Shown here piece after piece: positions 10,403-21,492 of a stretch of 62,760 bases of DNA. The DNA lies in sequence record SRR2962707_1740, one strand, 5' to 3'. Under the pieces are notes generated by a model. It was not told the origin of the DNA and ran no database searches. It saw only the letters and a list, made by a program, of their open reading frames with translations. How positions within the stretch are numbered: position 1 is the first letter of the stretch; each line of letters starts with the position of its first letter. Both the position numbers and the translations under genes were made by a program.

Positions 10403-11575
10403 ATGACAAAACTTCAGCAAGAACAAGCTATTGCCAAAAGAGTTACCCTGATGGGAGCGATTTGGGATGCCATCTTAGGCGCCGCGAAAATTGTTGCCGG
10501 TTATTTCTCTCAATCCCAAGCACTGATTGCCGATGGCATACACTCATTGTCCGATCTAATCACCGATGTGTTTGTTTATTTCGCGTCTTCTAATGCGCGC
10601 CAAGGGCCTGACGAAAAACACCCATACGGACACTTACGCTTTGAAACCGTGACCACGGTCTTTTTAGGCATGGTATTGGTCGCGGTCGCCGTAGGCATTG
10701 CCTATGAATCACTGGATAACCAGAAAGAAGCGCAATTCACCTGGTATGGCATGGCGGCGTTGCTGGCCACCATTGGCATTAAAGAAGCCATTTTTCACTA
10801 TACCAAAAAAGCGGGCGAAGAAATCAGCAGCAAGCTGTTGATTGCCAACGCTTGGCACAGTCGCAGTGATGCCCTGTCTTCGGTTGCTGTGTTAGTCGGC
10901 CTCATTGGGGTGTATTTCGGCTACGGATGGGCTGACATGCTGGCATCCATCGTGGTGGCTTTATTGATTGGTAAGATGGCGCTTAGCATGATCTGGGAGA
11001 GTTTAAGCGAATTGGTCGACAGCGCCCCAGACCCAAAGCTTATTGCCAAGATCAAAGAAACCGCAGACAGCCTAAAAAATGTCATGGCGCCCCACGATGT
11101 GCGGGCACGCTCGATGGCGGGTAAAATTTACCTTGATATGCACATTCATGTACCAAGCCATGCCAGCGTCAGTGAAGGGCATTTTCTGGGTGAACTGGTG
11201 TCTTACACCATTCGTAAAGCGCACCCGCAAGTGGTCGACGTGTTAGTACACATTGACCCAGAAGAAGACTTCGACGAAGTGTTGTCGGCTGAAGGCGCCA
11301 AGCCTGAGTACCTGAAACGACCAGCAAGGCACCAAGTATTGGCGGATTTACGTTTTTTATTGCGTCAGCACACGGCGTACTTAAATATTGATCAGACTCG
11401 CTTGCATTATCTTGCAGACAGCTTAGACATCGAACTGGTGGCCGATTCTAGTAAATTGCCAGAAGACGCGAACCTGCAAAAAGTGACGCAGGCTATCTAT
11501 CTTGATATTCAAGCGGCACCTTATGCTAAAAAGGTCGACGTGCTTTGGTCTTTTCCTAAAAACGATACGAATTAA
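10403..11575 (+). CDS. Cation diffusion facilitator (CDF) transporter
   Basis: ADGIHSLSD, HPYGH, AWHSRSD, HIDP motifs; C-terminal extension. Confidence 0.9.
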   Translation: MTKLQQEQAIAKRVTLMGAIWDAILGAAKIVAGYFSQSQALIADGIHSLSDLITDVFVYFASSNARQGPDEKHPYGHLRFETVTTVFLGMVLVAVAVGIAYESLDNQKEAQFTWYGMAALLATIGIKEAIFHYTKKAGEEISSKLLIANAWHSRSDALSSVAVLVGLIGVYFGYGWADMLASIVVALLIGKMALSMIWESLSELVDSAPDPKLIAKIKETADSLKNVMAPHDVRARSMAGKIYLDMHIHVPSHASVSEGHFLGELVSYTIRKAHPQVVDVLVHIDPEEDFDEVLSAEGAKPEYLKRPARHQVLADLRFLLRQHTAYLNIDQTRLHYLADSLDIELVADSSKLPEDANLQKVTQAIYLDIQAAPYAKKVDVLWSFPKNDTN

Positions 11576-12885
11576 GCGTCTTCCGATTCGTCACTCAGAG
11601 CGTCATTCAGGCGCTCTGCGGGCAGCGCCTTGGTGGTTTTTGCGCCCATCTGTTTCAGTTTTTCAGCGCGCGCCAATAAGTTCCCTCGGCCTAAGCTCAG
11701 TTTTTTCAACGCCGCATCATGACTGCGCCCTACCGCGTCTAACTTGCTACCAATGTCATCCATATCCTGCACAAAAGCAGCGAACTTGTCGTACATAGCC
11801 CCTGCTTGACGGGCAATTTCAATGGCGTTTTGGCTCTGCTTTTCATTGCGCCAAATGTTCTGAATAGTCCGCAAAGTGGCCAACAAGTTAGATGGCCCCA
11901 CAATAATAATATTGTGCTCAAACGCTTCACTAAAGAGACCGTTGTCCGCCTGTAACGCCAGACCAAACGCCGCCTCGATGGGAATAAACAGGAGCACAAA
12001 GTCCAACGAAGTAATGCCAGGAAGGTCATGATAAGACTTAGCGCTAAGCTCTTTCATATGACGGCGTACCGCTTCGAGGTGCTGTTTTAACGCCCGATTT
12101 CTTGCCTCATCGTTGTCCGCTTCCATATAAGCAAGGTAGCTCACCAACACCATTTTAGAGTCCACTACGATTTGCTTACCTTCAGGAAGATGAATCACCA
12201 CATCAGGCTGCAACCGTCTTCCCTCTTCTGTTTGCAAGGACATCTGTACATCGTATTCTCGGCCTTTTTCTAGCCCCGACTTTTCTAAAATGCGCTCCAA
12301 GATGACTTCACCCCAGCCACCTTGCAGTTTGTTTTGCCCTTTTAATGCCGTCGTCAAGCTCATGGCATCGTCACTGATCTTCTGATTCAGTTGCTGTAAG
12401 CTTTTGATTTCTCGAACCAAAGAAAAGCGCTCTCTGGCCTCTTCTTGATAACTTTTGTCCACGCTTTCTTGAAACTTCTGAATTTGGCTGCCAAGCGGCG
12501 TCAGTAAAGACCCCAGTTGGCGCTCGTTTTCTTTTGCCAAATGCTGCCCTTGCTGGCTCATAATCTCATGGGCCATTTGTTTAAATTCGGTTTCGTTCTG
12601 TTTCTTCTGCTCACGATAAAACGCTTCTTTTTCCTGCCAAACGCTTTGCGCTGCGGCAAATTGCTGTTCTAACGTAATGGATTCTTTTTCGAGATAGTGA
12701 ATCTGTTCCTTAGATTGCTCAACGAGGCGCATTAACTCCTCATTTTGTTGCTGCATTTTTTCTTGTGTATGGTGCCACTGATGACGCATAGCCTGTACAA
12801 TAAGGCTGGCAAGGCCAGACAGTAGAATCGCGCCCACACAAAAGCCCGATAACGCCCAAACCGATTGTGAAAGCCAATCTGTCAT
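11572..12885 (-). CDS. rmuC: DNA recombination protein RmuC
   Basis: N-terminal TM plus coiled coil; GGWGEVILE, PDVVIHLP, VDSK, FIPIE. Confidence 0.92.
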   Translation of the reverse strand: MTDWLSQSVWALSGFCVGAILLSGLASLIVQAMRHQWHHTQEKMQQQNEELMRLVEQSKEQIHYLEKESITLEQQFAAAQSVWQEKEAFYREQKKQNETEFKQMAHEIMSQQGQHLAKENERQLGSLLTPLGSQIQKFQESVDKSYQEEARERFSLVREIKSLQQLNQKISDDAMSLTTALKGQNKLQGGWGEVILERILEKSGLEKGREYDVQMSLQTEEGRRLQPDVVIHLPEGKQIVVDSKMVLVSYLAYMEADNDEARNRALKQHLEAVRRHMKELSAKSYHDLPGITSLDFVLLFIPIEAAFGLALQADNGLFSEAFEHNIIIVGPSNLLATLRTIQNIWRNEKQSQNAIEIARQAGAMYDKFAAFVQDMDDIGSKLDAVGRSHDAALKKLSLGRGNLLARAEKLKQMGAKTTKALPAERLNDALSDESEDA

Positions 12886-12950
12886 ATGAATTAAAACCCG
12901 CTATTTTTATAGTGAAATCAATCACTCTTGAATTCAATTGATAAGTTTAC

Positions 12951-13568
12951 ATGGATTACTACTTAAGCCCAACACACACGCAACGCTTTGATCTTGAAAT
13001 TAAAAATAGCCAGTTCATTACGCGAGTAAGTCGAACTCAAGGTCGTGATGCCGCCAAAGCCTTCATAGACGAAATACGCGCCCAGTACCCAGACGCGAAT
13101 CATCATTGCTGGGCCTTTGTCGCGGGCGCCCCCAACAACGTGCATTTGTGGGATCAAAGTGACGATGGCGAGCCCAAAGGCACCGCCGGAAAACCCATGT
13201 TAAATGTGCTACAGCATTCAGATTTTGGCGAAACGACGGTCGTCGTTACTCGCTACTTTGGTGGCATTAAACTCGGCGCTGGCGGGCTAGTAAGAGCCTA
13301 TAGCCAAGCCGTACAAGAAGCCCTAACACAAACAGAATATGAAAATGTTTACCCGCGCGTCCCTGTTCAACTAAAAATCACCTACTCTCTATTGGGTAAG
13401 GTCGAATATTTTTTAGAGCAAAGCGACATTGAGGTAAACAACAAAACCTACACCGACAGCATTATCATTGATCTTGCTGTTATAGAACGCACTTGGCCTG
13501 AGCAGAAACAAGCACTGACTGACTTATGCCAAGGCAGCTTAACGTTAATTGAACCGGACAAAGAGTAA
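12951..13568 (+). CDS. yigZ: YigZ/IMPACT family protein
   Basis: DDGEPKGTAGKP, VTRYFGGIKLGAGGLVRAY. Confidence 0.93.
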   Translation: MDYYLSPTHTQRFDLEIKNSQFITRVSRTQGRDAAKAFIDEIRAQYPDANHHCWAFVAGAPNNVHLWDQSDDGEPKGTAGKPMLNVLQHSDFGETTVVVTRYFGGIKLGAGGLVRAYSQAVQEALTQTEYENVYPRVPVQLKITYSLLGKVEYFLEQSDIEVNNKTYTDSIIIDLAVIERTWPEQKQALTDLCQGSLTLIEPDKE

Positions 13569-13570
13569 CT

Positions 13571-16399
13571 ATGTACCAAACTGGACAAAGATGGAGTAGC
13601 CGCAACGAGCCTGATCTTGGCGTCGGCATGATCATTGAAAAACAAAACAAATCCTTCTTGTTGCATTTTCCCGATGCAGAAGCAGATCGCCAATACTCAA
13701 ACGACCAAACCAGTCTTGTACGCCGTACACTCACACCTGGCGACCAATTGTCTTTCAAAGATGAAACCTTCACGGTACTGGAAGTGGAAGAAATTGACGG
13801 GCTCATCGAATACCGCATTAGCGACGATGACGATTGGCTAGAAGAGTCTCTTATCCAATTTCCACGTAACGACAAAAATGAACTGGACTCCATTTTAGCC
13901 TTGTCACCTGCGCGTCGCATGTGGTTTGACTTACGCCGCCATACATTGGAGCACCAAGCCGCCAACGCTGCGTCCCAAGTGCGTGGGTTAATGGGCTTAA
14001 AAGCAGAGCTTTTGCCACACCAAATTTACCTAGCACACGACATCGCAAATCGCCCACAAGCACGCGCCCTCTTATGTGACGAAGTGGGCATGGGTAAAAC
14101 CCTAGAAGCCGGCTTGATCTTGCATCAACGCCTATTGAACGGTCTGTGTAAACGCGCCTTGATCCTCACCCCAACCAACCTGCAACACCAATGGTTGGTT
14201 GAAATGCTACGTCGTTTCCATCAGCCATTTAGCTTGATTAACGACGCTGTGTATGAAGATTTCATGGACGGTGACGACAACCCATTTGAACAACAACCCT
14301 TTGTGATTGCCCCAATCGATTGGGCAAGCCAGCACCCGAAAGCCGCCCAGCACATGCTAGACGCAGAATGGGACATGGTGATTGTGGATGAAGCGCATCA
14401 CCTAGCGTGGCACCCAGAAACACCGAGCATCGGTTACCAGGTGGTTGCCCGCCTTGCTGAAAAATCAGAATCTTTGTTACTGCTCAGCGCAACACCAGAG
14501 CAGACCGGCGAACGCGAACATTTCTCTCGTTTGCAATTACTGGATGCCGATCGCTATCACGATTTCGAGCGTTACCAAGCGCAACAACAGGCATTCAAAC
14601 AAGCCGCCAGCTTAGCGGAAGCCTTGTTGCCAATCACCACACAGGATGACAACGCTGCAGAGCACGATTGGCCGACCACATTTGGCGACTACCTAGAGGA
14701 AGTAAAAGCCAAAGAATGGTTCACCAACCTAACCGATAGCAACCCTGAGCAACGCGCCGAAGCGGCCAAAGAAGCCATTAGTTGGCTGATTGATCGCCAC
14801 GGTACTGGGCGTGAAATGTTCCGTAACACCCGAGCGGCTGTCGGCGGCTTCCCAAATCGAGCATTGCACAGCTACCCGCTTGAAAATAACGAGTTTTTTG
14901 CCTCTGCAACACACCATGTTCAGCCTGAAACAGACGTTCAAGATGGATTGTGGGAAAAAGACCCGCGCTGGAACTGGCTAAAAGAGTTCCTAGAATGCCA
15001 AGCGGATAAAGTATTGGTGATTTGTCATACCGCTGACATGGCCCAATGGCTAAATGACCAGCTTACGTTTGCCGGCTTCCAAAGCGCCGATTTCCATGAG
15101 CAAATGCCATTGATCCATCGCGATCGCGCGGCCGCTTATTTTGCTGACGAAGAAGGCGCACAAATTCTCGTTTGTTCTGAAATCGGCAGTGAAGGTCGTA
15201 ACTTCCAGTTTAGCCATCACCTAGTGATGTATGACTTACCTGAACACCCTGACTTGCTTGAGCAACGTATCGGTCGTTTGGACCGTTTAGGACAACGTGA
15301 AGACGTGCAAATTCACGTACCTTACCTTGCCAACAGTGTGCAAGAACGCCTATTCCATTGGTATCACGATGCACTGAATGCATTCTGCCGCACCACAGGC
15401 GCAGGCGACAAAGTAGAAGAAGCCTTCCGCGATAGCCTATACGCTTATCTGCATGGGCAAGACGATGACGCCACCTTGCTTGAAGAAGCCAATGTGTATC
15501 ACGAAGCGTTGCTGAAGCAGATGGAAGAAGGCCGCAATCGTCTATTGGAAATGAGTTCTTGCCGCCCTGAACGCGCTCGTGAATTGATCACACAGATCAA
15601 TGACCAAGCCATCCACGGCCTGCATAACTACATCGAAGACGTGACCCACGCTTTTAACATTCACGCCGAATGCATGAACGACAACCCTGAGCAAAGCGCT
15701 TGGTTTATTCGTCCATCAACCGACATGATGCTAGAAGCTCTGCCTGGCATCGAAGAAGAAGGCAAAATGCTGATGTTGGATCGCCGTCAAGCGAGCCAGC
15801 GTGAAGATGTGGCCTTTGCAACATGGGAACACCCACTGATCACCATGCTAATGGACGAAGTCCAAGGCTTTGATTCAGGCAAACTCACCTCCGCTATCTT
15901 GCCTATTGCCGCCTTACCAGAAGGCACAGTCTTGGTCGAAAGTATGTTTGTCATCGAAGCGACAGCACACCCTCGATTGAAGCTGGCGCAATCACTGCCG
16001 ATGACGCCAATGTGGCAATTGTCTGATTCCAATGGCAAATTCCTGCACCAGCAATTTACCGCGGATAAGTGGGCTGAAAAACTAAAAGGCGTGCCAAACC
16101 GCGTTGCAGAACAATGGGTTGCTGCCTTGCGCAAAAATCTGATCGAAGTATTACAAACTCATCAGCTCAACGCTCAAGACCAAGCTCGCCCTATTGTGCA
16201 GGCGGCAAAATCGTCTTATCAGCATCGCTGTCAAAGTGAAATTGAGCGTTTAAGTGAACTTAAAACATTCAATTCTGCGATCACCGAAGAAGACATCGAA
16301 CGCCTAGAAACAAACATGCAAGAAGGCTTAGTGCGCATTGATGAACACCAAATCCGTTTGGATGCGATTCGAATCATTCTAACCACTAAACCGGAATAG
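13571..16399 (+). CDS. rapA: RNA polymerase-associated SNF2 ATPase RapA
   Basis: GQRWSS N-terminus, DEVGMGKT, DEAHH, SEIGSEGRNFQ, QRIGRLDR; rapA-rluA synteny. Confidence 0.92.
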   Translation: MYQTGQRWSSRNEPDLGVGMIIEKQNKSFLLHFPDAEADRQYSNDQTSLVRRTLTPGDQLSFKDETFTVLEVEEIDGLIEYRISDDDDWLEESLIQFPRNDKNELDSILALSPARRMWFDLRRHTLEHQAANAASQVRGLMGLKAELLPHQIYLAHDIANRPQARALLCDEVGMGKTLEAGLILHQRLLNGLCKRALILTPTNLQHQWLVEMLRRFHQPFSLINDAVYEDFMDGDDNPFEQQPFVIAPIDWASQHPKAAQHMLDAEWDMVIVDEAHHLAWHPETPSIGYQVVARLAEKSESLLLLSATPEQTGEREHFSRLQLLDADRYHDFERYQAQQQAFKQAASLAEALLPITTQDDNAAEHDWPTTFGDYLEEVKAKEWFTNLTDSNPEQRAEAAKEAISWLIDRHGTGREMFRNTRAAVGGFPNRALHSYPLENNEFFASATHHVQPETDVQDGLWEKDPRWNWLKEFLECQADKVLVICHTADMAQWLNDQLTFAGFQSADFHEQMPLIHRDRAAAYFADEEGAQILVCSEIGSEGRNFQFSHHLVMYDLPEHPDLLEQRIGRLDRLGQREDVQIHVPYLANSVQERLFHWYHDALNAFCRTTGAGDKVEEAFRDSLYAYLHGQDDDATLLEEANVYHEALLKQMEEGRNRLLEMSSCRPERARELITQINDQAIHGLHNYIEDVTHAFNIHAECMNDNPEQSAWFIRPSTDMMLEALPGIEEEGKMLMLDRRQASQREDVAFATWEHPLITMLMDEVQGFDSGKLTSAILPIAALPEGTVLVESMFVIEATAHPRLKLAQSLPMTPMWQLSDSNGKFLHQQFTADKWAEKLKGVPNRVAEQWVAALRKNLIEVLQTHQLNAQDQARPIVQAAKSSYQHRCQSEIERLSELKTFNSAITEEDIERLETNMQEGLVRIDEHQIRLDAIRIILTTKPE

Positions 16400-16405
16400 C
16401 CATTC

Positions 16406-17062
16406 GTGCCAACGCCATCATCTAGACGAGCACCAGACTCTACCCTAGAGATACTCTATGAAGACGACTGGTTTGTTGTGATCAACAAACCAGCGAATTG
16501 TTTGTCTGTACCCGGTCGCGGTCCAGACAAACAAGATTCTATTTTGTATCGTGCTGAGCAGCAGTTTGGTGAAGCCTTTGCCATTCATCGATTGGACGAA
16601 GCCACCTCAGGATTGATTCTGGTGGCCAAAACCCACGAATGCCAAAAGCGCATGTACGCACATTTTCGTGAACGAGAAGTCAAAAAAGAATACCGCGCCT
16701 TGCTGCGCGGTAAACTTTTAGGGCAACGAGGAGAAGTGCGCAAACCGTTACGTTGCGACTGGCCCAACCGGCCAAGGCAAATCGTTTGTACTGACGAATG
16801 GAGCAAAGACTCCATCACCTTTTGGGAGCCAATGGCCTACGAAGGCAACACCACTCGCGTTCGGCTAACGCCCTACACGGGTCGTTCCCATCAACTTCGT
16901 GTGCACATGCAAAGCATCGGACACTCGATCATCGGCGATGAATTCTACGACCCAGAATACTCCGAAGCCGACCCCAGATTACTGCTGCACGCGTATCGCC
17001 TCGAATTCCGCCATCCTTTTACCAAAGCCTGGCTCGCCTTCGTCGCACCCTGTCCTTTTTAG
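16406..17062 (+). CDS. rluA: RluA-family pseudouridine synthase
   Basis: NKPA, HRLDEATSG, GRSHQLRVH, LHA motifs. Confidence 0.9.
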   Translation: MPTPSSRRAPDSTLEILYEDDWFVVINKPANCLSVPGRGPDKQDSILYRAEQQFGEAFAIHRLDEATSGLILVAKTHECQKRMYAHFREREVKKEYRALLRGKLLGQRGEVRKPLRCDWPNRPRQIVCTDEWSKDSITFWEPMAYEGNTTRVRLTPYTGRSHQLRVHMQSIGHSIIGDEFYDPEYSEADPRLLLHAYRLEFRHPFTKAWLAFVAPCPF

Positions 17063-17186
17063 CCCGCGGCCCCACCGGGGCGAATGACCGCTGGGCTATT
17101 TATTGCGGCGTATAAATGGTTAGTAGTAACATGGGCGCGCAAATGACTCACAAGCGCATTAGCGCCATACAAGGAAGAGTAACGAT

Positions 17187-17804
17187 ATGAGCGATCTGTA
17201 TACGCAAATGATCACGGTCTTTTTGGGCTTTTTCGCCATTATGAACCCTATCGCGAACACCGCCGCCTTCGCGGGCTTAGTCGGAGACAAAAGCAAAGCG
17301 GAGCAAATTAAAATCGCCGCGAAAGCATTGGTCATCACTTTCATCGTCATCTTGTCTTTTGCCCTACTTGGCAAAGCCATCTTTCATTTATTTGGAATCA
17401 CCATTTCTGCGCTGAGAATAACCGGCGGTATTTTAGTGTTTCTCGTCGGCTATCACATGCTGAATGGACACACCTCTAAAATGCATTCTGCACAAGAGCA
17501 TGACGAAACAGACATTGCTGTGTCGCCTTTGGCCGTGCCACTGCTTGCTGGGCCTGGCACCATTGCAACGGCAATGAATTACTCCTCGTCAGGGGGGGTA
17601 TCAGGCATATTAGTCACCCTGTCTGTGTTTGCTGTTTTGTGCATCATCACTTTTTTCTGCTTTATTTTTAGCTCGCGCATTCTGGCACTCATAGGCAAAA
17701 GTGGCCTTGATATCGTCACCCGTTTAATGGGGTTAATTCTCGCGGTCATCGGTATGCAAATGGTGATTGTCGGCGTTACCGCCGTGATCAAAGCCATGAA
17801 CTAA
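17187..17804 (+). CDS. MarC family membrane protein
   Basis: IMNPIAN, PLAVPLLAGPGTI, RLMGLILA. Confidence 0.9.
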   Translation: MSDLYTQMITVFLGFFAIMNPIANTAAFAGLVGDKSKAEQIKIAAKALVITFIVILSFALLGKAIFHLFGITISALRITGGILVFLVGYHMLNGHTSKMHSAQEHDETDIAVSPLAVPLLAGPGTIATAMNYSSSGGVSGILVTLSVFAVLCIITFFCFIFSSRILALIGKSGLDIVTRLMGLILAVIGMQMVIVGVTAVIKAMN

Positions 17805-18226
17805 GCAACTCAATGCTTTGCCTTCCTCAACCAAAGGGTCATCAGACTAGGAGGCATTTCCCTTTAAAACCCTAAGCACTTTATGATGACTACATCCGTT
17901 GCGTTTAAAGGGATTTGACCTCGCAGGTTCCAACAACCTGACACACAATCGGCGTTTCTCTTCGAAACTGCCGTCTACCTCATCGAAAACACCGATTGAT
18001 GTTATGCATAAAACAGTACTAGCCTTGCAGACAATTATGAATGGAGTAACGACAGAGATTTGGCTTTTTAAGGCATTAGCATTATAAAAATATTTTCAGG
18101 AAAGTTGATAATTAGAGCATTTAGATTATTTTTAATAATGAATATATACAATTGAAAATGTATTAGTCGAGTCTCAGCTCTGGGAGGATCGTCTGTCGTT
18201 TTTCAGAGTTCAAAAGGAATGAAACA

Positions 18227-18979
18227 ATGAAGACTCCATTAATGATTATAATCATCTCTCTAACTCTAACGGGGTGTTCAAGCATCTCAAACATGGATAA
18301 AAAAGCCATAGTGACTGCTACCAAAGCTGAAATGATACCTGTTCCAAACCCTATAGCAGTTCAAACTATTGAAATATATGATAAAAATCAAAATAAACGT
18401 ATAGAGGCTGACGTACTATCTCTAGAATCCTCCGTAATTAGAAAAAGACTCACAAGCACACGAACTTTTATTTCAGTAGAAAAACGAGATTCGAATGGTA
18501 GTTTTTCATATATTGGGGCTGGCGGAAAGGTATCAAAAGGCACATACAGAGTAACATTTGATTATACTAACTATTTAAATAGACCATTTAATATAGATGA
18601 AAAAATTTCAGCAATAGCTAGAATAGGCGTTGGTCTTAGAGTCACAGCTTTATTAGATACATCAAGTAAGTCTGTTGATGTGAGCGGTTTACTTCCTATT
18701 GGTTTAGCAGCTAAAGATAATAAGGTATCTGGCCAGATAGAATATTATGTATACGGTATGAGTAACGATAAAATTTCAATTGCTGCTCCATCCCCTAAAA
18801 CACTAGATCTAAGCTCTATTCAAGAAGCTTTTGAAGCATCAGCTAAAACTAAAGTCATGTTTAACCTTGATGAGACAACATTGGAGCCGTATTTAATTGG
18901 CCTTGCACAAGTCACTAATGAAAATGCCTCCAAAGCTGAAGAGATTGCTGCGAAAAAATTAGCCATCAGTTCCAATTAA
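18227..18979 (+). CDS. Hypothetical lipoprotein, AT-rich
   Basis: Lipobox LTGC at residue 17; AAGGA RBS; visibly AT-rich codon usage. Confidence 0.7.
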   Translation: MKTPLMIIIISLTLTGCSSISNMDKKAIVTATKAEMIPVPNPIAVQTIEIYDKNQNKRIEADVLSLESSVIRKRLTSTRTFISVEKRDSNGSFSYIGAGGKVSKGTYRVTFDYTNYLNRPFNIDEKISAIARIGVGLRVTALLDTSSKSVDVSGLLPIGLAAKDNKVSGQIEYYVYGMSNDKISIAAPSPKTLDLSSIQEAFEASAKTKVMFNLDETTLEPYLIGLAQVTNENASKAEEIAAKKLAISSN

Positions 18980-19015
18980 ACAAAAGCCTACCTCTACTGC
19001 CTACTCTACACAAAG

Positions 19016-19042
19016 CGTAAGCTCAGAAATACTGGGCTTACG
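19016..19042. other. Inverted repeat/hairpin downstream of the lipoprotein gene
   Basis: CGTAAGCTCAG-AAATA-CTGGGCTTACG (11-bp stem, one G-U pair). Confidence 0.55.
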
Positions 19043-19281
19043 TCAATGCCCCCCCTCCCTCTAGATTGCTGCTAATTAACACATCAAAGAAAAACTGATA
19101 AGCCACATCGATTTAGTTTGCAGTAGCACCTAGAAGTGACAATAAGTCACCGTAATACAACAGAAACATACCGCCTCCCCCTCAAATTTCCCATTAGAGG
19201 AAATCAGCCTTTCTAGACGCACTAATACTTGTATTGCAGTAGAGGGGTGGTCGCTGATTTATGTTTTGAGACCCGATAAGT

Positions 19282-20019
19282 CTAGGATTTTCGAAGGTGT
19301 CTAGGTGAGTGACCATAATGGCGCTGAAATGCATGAGTCATAGCACTTTGATTACTAAACCCTGTTTCTTCAGCAATAATAGAAAGCGGTTTATTGGTGG
19401 TGATAATTAAGTCATACGCCGTTTCTAAGCGTCTTTTCAAGATGAATTGGTAAGGCGTAACTGAGGTTTCTTTGGCGAAGAGCTCACTAAAATGGCCGGC
19501 GCTTACATGATGCATTTCTGCGAGTTGTGTAACCGATATTTTCTGATCAAGGTTCTCATCAATAAAGTGTGAGATCGAGTTGATATTGAGTTTGGAGCGA
19601 CTCTTATTACTCGGCAAATCACCCAAAATTCTATGATGTAGCGAGGCCATTAAACCAAGAGTACAACCATCGAGGGCTTCAGGAAAAAAGTTAAAATTAT
19701 TGGCTTCTTTGTCTAGGTAAGAAATAAGCAGTTTCAGGTTTTCATCAATAGAAAAGTAACGTGGTTGCTCAAATAGGTTTTCTAAGCGGCTGTTTAACTG
19801 CACGTTTGGAATGTCGATAATGATGTGGTTATTATCGCCAATAGCTTCAAAATAGTGGGTTTCACTGGCTGGCGCTAGGCACCCAGTTTGACTATTTACG
19901 ACGCCTCCTTTTCCATCAATTTCAAATAATGCCTGTCCTTTTACTGCGATAATCAATTGATGATGATTATGGTTATGCTGATCGCATGCGTTCGGCAAAA
20001 TAAGATTTCGAATATGCAT
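19282..20019 (-). CDS. AraC-family transcriptional regulator
   Basis: Cupin N-terminus (HNHNHHQLII); C-terminal double HTH (IAEETGFSNQSAMTHAFQRHYGHSP). Confidence 0.9.
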   Translation of the reverse strand: MHIRNLILPNACDQHNHNHHQLIIAVKGQALFEIDGKGGVVNSQTGCLAPASETHYFEAIGDNNHIIIDIPNVQLNSRLENLFEQPRYFSIDENLKLLISYLDKEANNFNFFPEALDGCTLGLMASLHHRILGDLPSNKSRSKLNINSISHFIDENLDQKISVTQLAEMHHVSAGHFSELFAKETSVTPYQFILKRRLETAYDLIITTNKPLSIIAEETGFSNQSAMTHAFQRHYGHSPRHLRKS

Positions 20020-20169
20020 TTCATACCTAACATTTTATAAATTCTGTTAGTGTTACATTTTCATTGAATAAGTCAATTTAATTTGACCGCGACGATATTC
20101 TCTTAGTCGTACTTTTCAGTCATCGTACAACCCAGAGAAACGATTCTACTGGGTTGTAGCTTGATAAAA

Positions 20170-21492
20170 TTACCAGTCTTTTACACCAAGAACCCGTGGT
20201 AACCAGAGTGCAGTCTCTGGAAAAACGAGTATGACGAACAGCACAAGCAGTTGGATAGCGATGAAAGGTATTACCCCAGCGTACATGTGTTTTAAGGTAA
20301 TGCTCGGTGGTGAAATAGCCCTTAAGTAGAAAATTGAAGGTGCCAAGGGTGGTGTTAGATAACTGGTCTGCAACACAACCAAGAAAGCCACACAGAACCA
20401 AATATCATCAAAGCCCAGTAAGCGAACAATAGGAATGGCCACTGGAATAATGATCAAAACAACCGACATCATGTCTAGCAAAAAGCCCGCTATAAAAGCG
20501 ATAAACAAGATCAAACCAATAACGGTATGCGGACTGAAACCAGACCCAGTAAGCAAGGATTGAACCGTTTGCATGCCGCCAGTGGCAAAAAATATTCCGG
20601 CAAACATATTACCCGCCATCACGATCAACAAAATCATTGCTGTGATGTTGACGGTACGCAACATAGATTCCCACAACACGCTCAGTTTGCAGCTTTTGTA
20701 GCAAATAGACAAAATAACCGCGCCTAAGGCACCACAAGCCGACGCTTCTGTTGGTGTCGCAAGGCCTAATAAAATCGTGCCTAACACGGTGAAAATCAGA
20801 GCCGCCGCTGGCAAAATAGCCGTCGCCGTGATTTTCAGCCTTTCAGCAAGTGGCACCCCTACTTCGTCCTGCTCGCGTGGCGCCATGCTAGGTTTAAAAT
20901 ACGCCAAAGTAATGACATAAATAATAAACAAAGCCGCCATTAACAGGCCAGGAATAAGCAAGCCATTAAACAACTGACCAACCGATATTCCGGCAACCGG
21001 TCCTAATACAATGACGGTGATAGAAGGTGGGATAGCGGTACCCAATGAACCACTCGCACAAATGACACCTGAAAGTAAGCGTTTGTCATACTGGTGTTTA
21101 AGCATGATAGGAATGGTCAACAAACCAATGACGGCTTCGGTTGCTCCCACCACACCACTTGATGCTGCGAATATCGCACCGAGTAAAATAGTCCCCACAC
21201 CTATGCCACCAGGTAGACGTCGTGTCCATAAGTGAATGGCGTGAAAGAGTCGTTCTGCTATACCAGATTTCTCCAACATAGCGCCCATAAAGATAAACAG
21301 TGGCACCGCCGCCAATATTGAATTAGACGCGGTTTCTTCAATTTTTGTTAATAGCTGATACGCCGTGACGTCACCGAACATCATTAGGCCAAAAATAGTG
21401 GCCGTCAGTATCATGGCAAAGGCAATCTGTACGCCTAGGAAAATAAATAGGATGAGCACAGGAAACATAAAAATAGACAGGAAATCACTCAT
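20170..21492 (-). CDS. TRAP transporter large permease (DctM-like)
   Basis: AVPLFIFMG, SGSLGTAIPPS, LTPP motifs. Confidence 0.92.
   Translation of the reverse strand: MSDFLSIFMFPVLILFIFLGVQIAFAMILTATIFGLMMFGDVTAYQLLTKIEETASNSILAAVPLFIFMGAMLEKSGIAERLFHAIHLWTRRLPGGIGVGTILLGAIFAASSGVVGATEAVIGLLTIPIMLKHQYDKRLLSGVICASGSLGTAIPPSITVIVLGPVAGISVGQLFNGLLIPGLLMAALFIIYVITLAYFKPSMAPREQDEVGVPLAERLKITATAILPAAALIFTVLGTILLGLATPTEASACGALGAVILSICYKSCKLSVLWESMLRTVNITAMILLIVMAGNMFAGIFFATGGMQTVQSLLTGSGFSPHTVIGLILFIAFIAGFLLDMMSVVLIIIPVAIPIVRLLGFDDIWFCVAFLVVLQTSYLTPPLAPSIFYLRAISPPSITLKHMYAGVIPFIAIQLLVLFVILVFPETALWLPRVLGVKDW

Noticed and set aside
17899-18087. 62-aa ORF or possible pseudogene remnant
   Set aside because: TTG start, no RBS, no recognisable homology on either strand
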